In this document: in pieces, positions 55,984 through 64,000 of the stretch
How positions within the stretch are numbered: position 1 is the first letter of the stretch
How the letters are laid out: each line of letters starts with the position of its first letter
From: Eledone cirrhosa
Lineage: Eukaryota
Reading direction: 5' to 3'
DNA: 64,000 bases
Assembly (NCBI GenBank): GCA_964016885.1
Contig: OZ024762.1
Span: 15,748,001 to 15,812,000 of the forward strand
The notes under the pieces: generated by a model
Told to the model about the DNA's origin: nothing
Databases searched by the model: none
The model's input: the letters and a program-made list of their open reading frames with translations, nothing else
Made by a program: the position numbers and the translations under genes

Positions 55984-56020
<37 letters not shown>

Positions 56021-56079
56021 GTATATATATATATATATGTATGTATGTATGTATGTATATATATATATATGTATGTATG

Positions 56080-56131
<52 letters not shown>

Positions 56132-56163
56132 TATATGTATGTATGTATATATATATATGTATG

Positions 56164-56194
<31 letters not shown>

Positions 56195-56207
56195 ATATAT
56201 ACATATG

Positions 56208-56238
<31 letters not shown>

Positions 56239-56246
56239 GAATATAT

Positions 56247-56277
<31 letters not shown>

Positions 56278-56301
56278 CACATTCATATATATATATATAT
56301 G

Positions 56302-56338
<37 letters not shown>

Positions 56339-56365
56339 TCATATATATATATATATATATGTATG

Positions 56366-56402
<37 letters not shown>

Positions 56403-56423
56403 TCATATATATATATATATATA

Positions 56424-56465
<42 letters not shown>
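52538..56465. repeat. Mostly (TA)n/(TG)n/(TATG)n compound microsatellites with short unique spacers
   Basis: Directly visible. Confidence 0.9.
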
Positions 56466-56467
<2 letters not shown>

Positions 56468-56854
56468 CTGGCATCCTAAACCTTCAGTTACTATTTATAT
56501 AGCCGGTACTGTTTCAACTGTACATTCATACATGATGATGTCATAGGGAAAGTGGGGGGGGGGTAGTAGGAGGAAGGGTATGTGTGGTGGTAGGAGTGTG
56601 TTATGTTAACTCCTCCTCACCCTACTCCCCTTCCCCCTCCTTTCATCAAACATCATATATCAGCACTGGCATGCCCCACCACCTCCACCCCCTCCACCAC
56701 CACCATGGCCTTGTAGTTAAAGGGGTCACTTTGCAACCATGTGACTCTCTTTCAGTGCGACTGTGTGGCACCTTGACCCTCGGTCAGGGGTCTGCTACTG
56801 CATTGCTGGCTTGACCAGTGCCTTGTCAGGGGGAATTTTTGGGCAAATCTAAAC

Positions 56855-57470
56855 TTGCGCCCTGTACGCTCTGTAAAGTGGTTGGTGTTAAGTAAGGCAT
56901 CCAGTTGTTGAAACCATGTCAAAAAGGGTTGGGAAGACTCTTCAAGGATTCAAATATCAGTTTATATACATAGTGAGTCCAGCACCCTGTACACTCTGTA
57001 AAGTGGTTGGTGTTAAGTAAGGCATCCAGTTGTTGAAACCATGTCAAAAAGGGTTGGGAAGACTCTTCAGGGATTCAAATATCAGTTTATATACATAGTG
57101 AGTCCAGCACCCTGTACACTCTGTAAAGTGGTTGGTGTTAAGAAGGGTTGAATGGTATCTAGCTGTAGAAACCATATCAAATAAAGGGTTGGGAGACCTC
57201 TTCAGCTGTTTCGAAGACATGACAACCTCTCTAGTAATGACGCTATGATGAAACGCACCCAGTACACTCTGTAAAGTGATTGGTGTTAAGAAGGGTAGAA
57301 GGGTATCTAGCCGTAAAGATCACGTCAAATAAAGGGGTGGGAGCCCTCTTGAGCTGTGTCGAGGACATGACAACCTCTCTGGTACTGACGCTATGATGAA
57401 ATGCACCCTGTACACTCTGTAAAGTGGTTGGTGTTAAGAAGGTCATCCAGTTGCAGAAACCATGTCAAAA
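56855..57470 (+). repeat. Five tandem ~125-150-bp units built on the SINE segment CACCCTGTACACTCTGTAAAGTGGTTGGTGTTAAG
   Basis: The motif recurs at ~56860, 56985, 57108, 57256 and 57404. Confidence 0.85.
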
Positions 57471-57606
57471 ACAGAACAATGTCTGAGATAGCCTGAACTA
57501 CCCTTGATGGTGATGATGGTGATGGTGATGATGGTGTTGTTGTTGATGATGGTGGTAATGATGGCGTTGATGGTCATGATGATGGGGGTGATGATGGTGG
57601 TGGTGG

Positions 57607-57643
<37 letters not shown>

Positions 57644-57736
57644 AATGGTGATGATGATGATATTGATGATGGTGGTGATGATGATGGTGGTGATGATGAT
57701 GACAGTCAATGGTACCTGTCCCTCATTACATGACTA

Positions 57737-57928
57737 GGGCAGTGGATTGGCAGTATCGGTAGAGAGTCGGACGCCATGATTTGCAGCAAAGAGTTACGGC
57801 CCTTTACGGTCTGAGTTCAAATCCTGCTGAGGTTAACTTTGCCTTTCATCCTTACGGGGTCGATAAAACAAAGTACCAGTAATACACTGGGATAATTGCT
57901 GGCCTTGTGCCAAAAGTAGAAACAATTA
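57737..57928 (+). mobile_element. Full-length SINE, family C
   Basis: A box TGGCAGTATCGG, B box GAGTTCAAATCC, Deu/Nin-like core, and tail GTAGAAACAATTA. Confidence 0.88.
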
Positions 57929-57999
57929 TATGACGTACTATATTTTGTATTGGACAAAGCTGAAAGATCAAGCTGACCTCTGTGGGATTTTAACTGAGA

Positions 58000-58632
58000 A
58001 CATAAAGGGAGGTAACTGCCAGGTATTGAATCCTACATAAAGGGAGGTAACTGCCAGATATTGAGTCCTACATGAAGAGAGTTAACTACCAAGTATTGAG
58101 GCCTAAACTAAGGGAGGTAACTGCCAGATATTGAGTCCTAAACTAAGGGAGATAACTGCCAGATATTGAGTCCTAAACTAAGGGAAGTAACTGCCAAGTA
58201 TTGAGTCCTAAACTAAGGGAGGTAACTGCCAAGTATTGAGTCCTAAACTAAGGGAGGTAACTTCCAGATATTGAGTCCTAAACTAAGGGAGGTAACTGCC
58301 AAGTATTGAGTCCTTAACTAAGGGAGATAACTGCCAGATATTGAGTCCTAATCTAAGGGAGATAACTGCCAGGTATTGAGTCCTAAACTAAGGGAGGTAA
58401 CTGCCAAGTATTGAGTCCTAAACTAAAGGAGGTAACTGCCAGATATTGAGTCCTAAACTAAGGGAGATAACTGCCAGGTATTGAGTCCTAAACTAAGGAG
58501 GTAACTGCCAGATATTGAGTCCTAAACTAAGGGAGATAACTACCAGATATTGGGTCCTAAACTAAGGGAGGTAACTGCCAAGTATTGAGTCCTAAACTAA
58601 GGGAGATAACTGCCAGGTATTGAGTCCTACAT
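58000..58632. repeat. 35-bp minisatellite (~18 copies) growing out of a minus-strand SINE C remnant
   Basis: Unit AACTAAGGGAGRTAACTGCCARRTATTGAGTCCTA. It is preceded by GACCTCTGTGGGATTTTAACTGAGAACATAAAGGGA, compare 19155-19195. Confidence 0.9.
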
Positions 58633-58713
58633 GAAAGCCTGTAGTGTAGTTGTTAGAATATACATTTAGTTGACTAATATCCATGAGTTTGGGAGTTTGA
58701 TTCCTGGGACTGA

Positions 58714-61700
58714 GTGGCAGTATGGTGTAGTGGTGGCAGTATGGTGTGGTGTGGTAGTGTAGTGGTGGCAGTATGGTGTGGTATGATGGTGTAGTGGTGG
58801 CAGTATGGTGTGGTATGATGGTGTAGTGGTGGCAGTATGGTGTGATATGATGGTGTAGTGGTGGCAGTATGATGTGGTAGTGTAGTGGTGGCAGTATGCT
58901 GTGGTATGGTGTGGTGGTGTAGTGGTGGCAGTATGATGTGATGTGGTGGTGTAGTGGTGGCAGTATGGTGTGGTAGTGTAGTGGTGGCAGTATGGTGTGG
59001 TGGTGTGGTGGTGTAGTGGTGGCAGTATGGTGTGGTGGTGTAGTGGTGGTAGTATGGTGTGGTGGGGTAGTGGTGGTAGTATGGTGTGGTGGTGTAGTGG
59101 TGGCAGTATGATGTGGTAGTGTAGTGGTGGCAGTATGGTGTGGTGGTGTAGTGGTGGCAGTATGGTGTGGTGGTGTAGTGGTGGCAGTATGGTGTGGTGG
59201 TGTAGTGGTGGCAGTATGGTGTGGTGGTGTAGTGGTGGCAGTATGGTGTGGTGGTGTAGTGGTGGCAGTATGGTGTGGTGGTGTAGTGGTGGCAGTATGG
59301 TGTGGTGGTGTAGTGGTGGCAGTATGGTGGGGTGGTGTAGTGGTGGCAGTATGGTGTGGTGGTGTAGTGGTGGCAGTATGGTGGGGTGGTGTAGTGGTGG
59401 CAGTATGGTATGATGGTGTAGTGGTGGCAGTATGGTGTGGTGGGGTAGTGGTAGCAGTATGGTGTGGTATGATGGTGTAGTGGTGGCAGTATGGTGTGGT
59501 GGGGTAGTGGTAGCAGTATGGTGTGGTAGTGTAGTGGTGGCAGTATGGTGTGGTGGTGTAGTGGTGGCAGTATGGTGTGGTGGTGTAGTGGTGGCAGTAT
59601 GGTGTGGTGGGGTAGTGGTAGCAGTATGGTGTGGTATGATGGTGTAGTGGTGGCAGTATGGTGTGGTGGGGTAGTGGTAGCAGTATGGTGTGGTAGTGTA
59701 GTGGTGGCAGTATGGTGTGGTGGTGTAGTGGTGGTGTAGTGGTGGCAGTATGATGTGGTAGTGTAGTGGTGGCAGTATGGTGTGGTGGTGTAGTGGTGGC
59801 AGTATGGTGTGGTGGTGTAGTGGTGGCAGTATGGTGTGGTGGTGTAGTGGTGGCAGTATGGTGTGGTGGTGTAGTGGTGGCAGTATGGTGTGGTGGTGTA
59901 GTGGTGGCAGTATGGTGTGGTGGTGTAGTGGTGGCAGTATGGTGTGGTGGTGTAGTGGTGGCAGTATGGTGTGGTAGTGTAGTGGTGGCAGTATGGTGTG
60001 GTGGTGTAGTGGTGGCAGTATGGTGTGGTAGTGTAGTGGTGGCAGTATGGTGTGGTGGTGTAGTGGTGGCAGTATGGTGTGGTGGTGTAGTGGTGGCAGT
60101 ATGGTGTGGTGGTGTAGTGGTGGCAGTATGGTGTGGTGGTGTAGTGGTGGCAGTATGGTGTGGTGGTGTAGTGGTGGCAGTATGGTGTGGTGGTGTAGTG
60201 GTGGCAGTATGGTGTGGTAGTGTAGTGGTGGCAGTATGGTGTGGTGGTGTGGTGGTGTAGTGGTGGCAGTATGGTATGGTGGTGTAGTGGTGGCAGTTTG
60301 GTGTGGTGGTGTAGTGGTGGCAGTATGGTGGGGTGGTGTAGTGGTGGCAGTATGGTGTGGTGGTGTAGTGGTGGCAGTATGGTATGGTGGTGTAGTGGTG
60401 TAGTGGTGGCAGTATGGTGTGGTAGTGTAGTGGTGGCAGTTTGGTGTGGTGGTGTAGTGGTGGCAGTATGGTGGGGTGGTGTAGTGGTGGCAGTATGGTG
60501 TGGTGGTGTAGTGGTGGCAGTATGGTGTGGTGGTGTAGTGGTGGCAGTATGGTGTGGTAGTGTAGTGGTGGCAGTATGGTGTGGTGGTGTGGTGGTGTAG
60601 TGGTGGCAGTATGGTATGGTGGTGTAGTGGTGGCAGTTTGGTGTGGTGGTGTAGTGGTGGCAGTATGGTGGGGTGGTGTAGTGGTGGCAGTATGGTGTGG
60701 TGGTGTAGTGGTGGCAGTATGGTGTGGTAGTGTAGTGGTGGCAGTATGGTGTGGTGGTGTGGTGGTGTAGTGGTGGCAGTATGGTATGGTGGTGTAGTGG
60801 TGGCAGTATGGTGGGGTGGTGTAGTGGTGGCAGTATGGTGTGGTGGTGTAGTGGTGTAGTGGTGGCAGTATGGTGTGGTAGTGTAGTGGTGTAGTGGTGG
60901 CAGTATGGTGTGGTAGTGTAGTGGTGGCAGTTTGGTGTGGTGGTGTAGTGGTGGTAGTAAGGTGTGGTGGGGTAGTGGTGGTAGTATGGTGTGGTGGTGT
61001 AGTGGTGGCAGTATGGTGTGGTGGTGTAGTGGTGGCAGTATGGTGTGGTGGTGTAGTGGTGTAGTGGTGGCAGTATGGTGTGGTAGTGTAGTGGTGGCAG
61101 TTTGGTGTGGTGGTGTAGTGGTGGTAGTAAGGTGTGGTGGGGTAGTGGTGGTAGTATGGTGTGGTGGTGTAGTGGTGGCAGTATGGTGTGGTGGTGTAGT
61201 GGTGGCAGTATGGTGTGGTGGTGTAGTGGTGGCAGTATGGTGTGGTGGTGTAGTGGTGGCAGTATGATGTGGTGGTGTAGTGGTGGCAGTATGATGTGAT
61301 GTGGTGGTGTAGTGGTGGCAGTATGGTGTGGTAGTGTAGTGGTAGCAGTATGGTGTGGTGGTGTAGTGGTGGTAGTATGGTGTGGTGGTGTAGTGGTGGC
61401 AGTATGATGTGATGTGGTGGTGTAGTGGTGGCAGTATGGTGTGGTAGTGTAGTGGTAGCAGTATGGTGTGGTGGTGTAGTGGTGGTAGTATGGTGTGGTG
61501 GGGTAGTGGTGGCAGTATGGTGTGGTAGTGTAGTGGTAGCAGTATGGTGTGGTGGTGTAGTGGTGGTAGTATGGTGTGGTGGTGTAGTGGTGGCAGTATG
61601 GTGTGGTGGTGTAGTGGTGGCAGTATGGTGTGGTGGTGTAGTGGTGGCAGTATGGTGTGGTGGTGTAGTGGTGGCAGTATGGTGTGGTGGTGTAGTGGTG

Positions 61701-62630
61701 GCAGTATGGTGTGGTGGTGTAGTGGTGGCAGTATGGTGTGGTGGTGTAGTGGTGGCAGTATGGTATGGTAGTGTAGTGGTGGCAGTATGGTGTGGTGGTG
61801 TAGTGGTGGCAGTATGGTATGGTGGTGTAGTGGTGGCAGTATGGTATGGTGGTGTAGTGGTGGCAGTATGGTATGGTGGTGTAGTGGTGGCAGTATGGTG
61901 TGGTGGCAGTATGGTGTGGTGGCAGTATGGTGTGGTATGGTGTGGTGGTGTAGTGGTGGCAGTATGGTGTGGTGGTGTAGTGGTGGTGTAGTGGTGGCAG
62001 TATGGTGTGGTGGTGTAGTGGTGGCAGTATGGTGTGGTGGTGTAGTGGTGGCAGTATGGTGTGGTGGTGTAGTGGTGGCAGTATGGTGTGGTGGTGTAGT
62101 GGTGGCAGTATGGTGGGGTGGTGTAGTGGTGGCAGTATGGTGTGGTAGTGTAGTGGTGGCAGTATGGTGTGGTAGTGTAGTGGTGGCAGTATGGTGTGGT
62201 AGTGTAGTGGTGGCAGTATGGTATGGTGGTGTAGTGGTGGCAGTATGGTATGGTGGTGTAGTGGTGGCAGTATGGTATGGTGGTGTAGTGGTGGCAGTAT
62301 GGTGTGGTGGTGTAGTGGTGGTAGTATGGTATGGTGGTGTAGTGGTGGCAGTATGGTATGGTGGTGTAGTGGTGGCAGTATGGTGTGGTGGTGTAGTGGT
62401 GGCAGTATGGTGGGGTGGTGTAGTGGTGGTGTAGTGGTGGCAGTATGGTGGGGTGGTGTAGTGGTGGTGTAGTGGTGGCAGTATGCTGTGGTGGTGTAGT
62501 GGTGGCAGTATGGTGGGGTGGTGTAGTGGTGGCAGTATGGTGTGGTGGTGTGGTGGTGGCAGTCTGGTGTGGTGGTGTAGTGGTGGTAGTATGGTGTGGT
62601 GGTGTAGTGGTGGCAGTATGGTGTGGTGGG
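58714..62630. repeat. 27-bp G-rich minisatellite TAGTGGTGGCAGTATGGTGTGGTGGTG (~140 copies)
   Basis: Period is 27 (59764, 59791, 59818). It is the source of the 1336-aa HHHTILPPL ORF. Confidence 0.95.
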
Positions 62631-62710
62631 GTGTGATTATGACTGAAACTAAATTATATTGATAAATTAAATTCAAAAATGGAGATTTTTTTTCCTTCAG
62701 TTTATATTTT

Positions 62711-62714
<4 letters not shown>

Positions 62715-62756
<42 letters not shown>

Positions 62757-63367
62757 TTATCTCTCTCTCTCTACATCTCTGCCCCTCTCTCTATCTATTT
62801 CTATCACTCTTTGTTTATCTCTTTCATATATCAATATATCTGTATGTTTAATTGTGTGTGTACATATATGCATATATACGTACATACATATATATATATA
62901 CATACATACATATATACATATATACATACATATATATATATATATATATACATACATATATACATATATACGTACATACATATATATATATATATACATA
63001 CATATATACATATATACGTACACACATATATATATATATTTATACATATATATATATATATATATACATACATATATATATATGCATACATATATGCATA
63101 TATACGTACATACATATATATATATACATATATACATATATACGTACATACATATATATATACATAAATATATACATATATACGTACATACATATATATA
63201 TACATACATATATACATATATACGTACATACATATATATATATATACATACATATATACGTACATACATATATATACATATATACGTACATACATATATA
63301 TATACATACATATATACGGGGTAGCACTTTTGATATTTTAACCACCATCAATATAATGATACATATA

Positions 63368-63440
<73 letters not shown>

Positions 63441-63703
63441 GTATGTATATATATGTATATGTGTGTGTGTGTTTATAGACATGTCCGTATATATACATAC
63501 ATACAAATATGTATATATGTATGTATATATCTATATATCTATATATTCATACATACAAATATGTATATATATATATACATATATGTATATGGATCTTTAT
63601 ATATATATGTATATATATGTATATATATGTTTTTTAATATATTTTGCTACTTGGTTTATTTCCGTTTCTTTTTTAAATTAAAAAAATATTCATTAACTTT
63701 AAC

Positions 63704-63762
<59 letters not shown>

Positions 63763-63765
63763 CAT

Positions 63766-63807
<42 letters not shown>

Positions 63808-64000
63808 TCATATACATACACACACACACACACATATATATATATATTCATATATACACACGTACTTGCACACACATATACATACACACACTCACACACG
63901 CACATATATATATATATATATACAAAATACACACTCACACACATATCTACATATATATACATACACACATATCTACATATATATATATATATATATATAT
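62715..64000. repeat. (TC)n, (TA)n, (TACA)n, (CA)n microsatellites
   Basis: Directly visible. Confidence 0.95.

Noticed and set aside
58666-62676. 1336-aa His/Thr/Pro-rich ORF as a mucin or His-rich structural protein
   Set aside because: It is a translation of a 27-bp satellite. The peptide phase switches repeatedly with indels, so there is no selection on frame.

Overview
This window is eukaryotic, AT-rich, microsatellite-saturated non-coding DNA. It is most likely an intron or intergenic region of an Octopus (coleoid cephalopod) genome, inferred from its tRNA-derived SINE types and simple-repeat density. No intact host gene is visible, and nearly all supplied ORFs are translations of simple or tandem repeats. 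Real coding remnants all belong to retroelements. They are a Penelope-like (PLE) GIY-YIG endonuclease on the minus strand at 14574-14894 (missed by the ORF track), several L1/Tx1-clade ORF2 3' ends, and RTE-clade 3' ends. The most striking pattern is a set of at least six fold-back insertions, mostly in (TA)n, built as arm + inverted arm + unique tail. Four of them carry complete or half type I hammerhead ribozymes, including a perfect 137-bp palindrome with one hammerhead on each strand. Five tails share TTGAGTRC and six end in YCTA. Other features are six co-oriented Tx1-like insertions stacked in one (GATA)n tract, a non-autonomous Helitron, many SINEs, and several large minisatellites amplified from pieces of SINEs or MITEs. 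All assignments were made by eye; no searches or folding programs were run.
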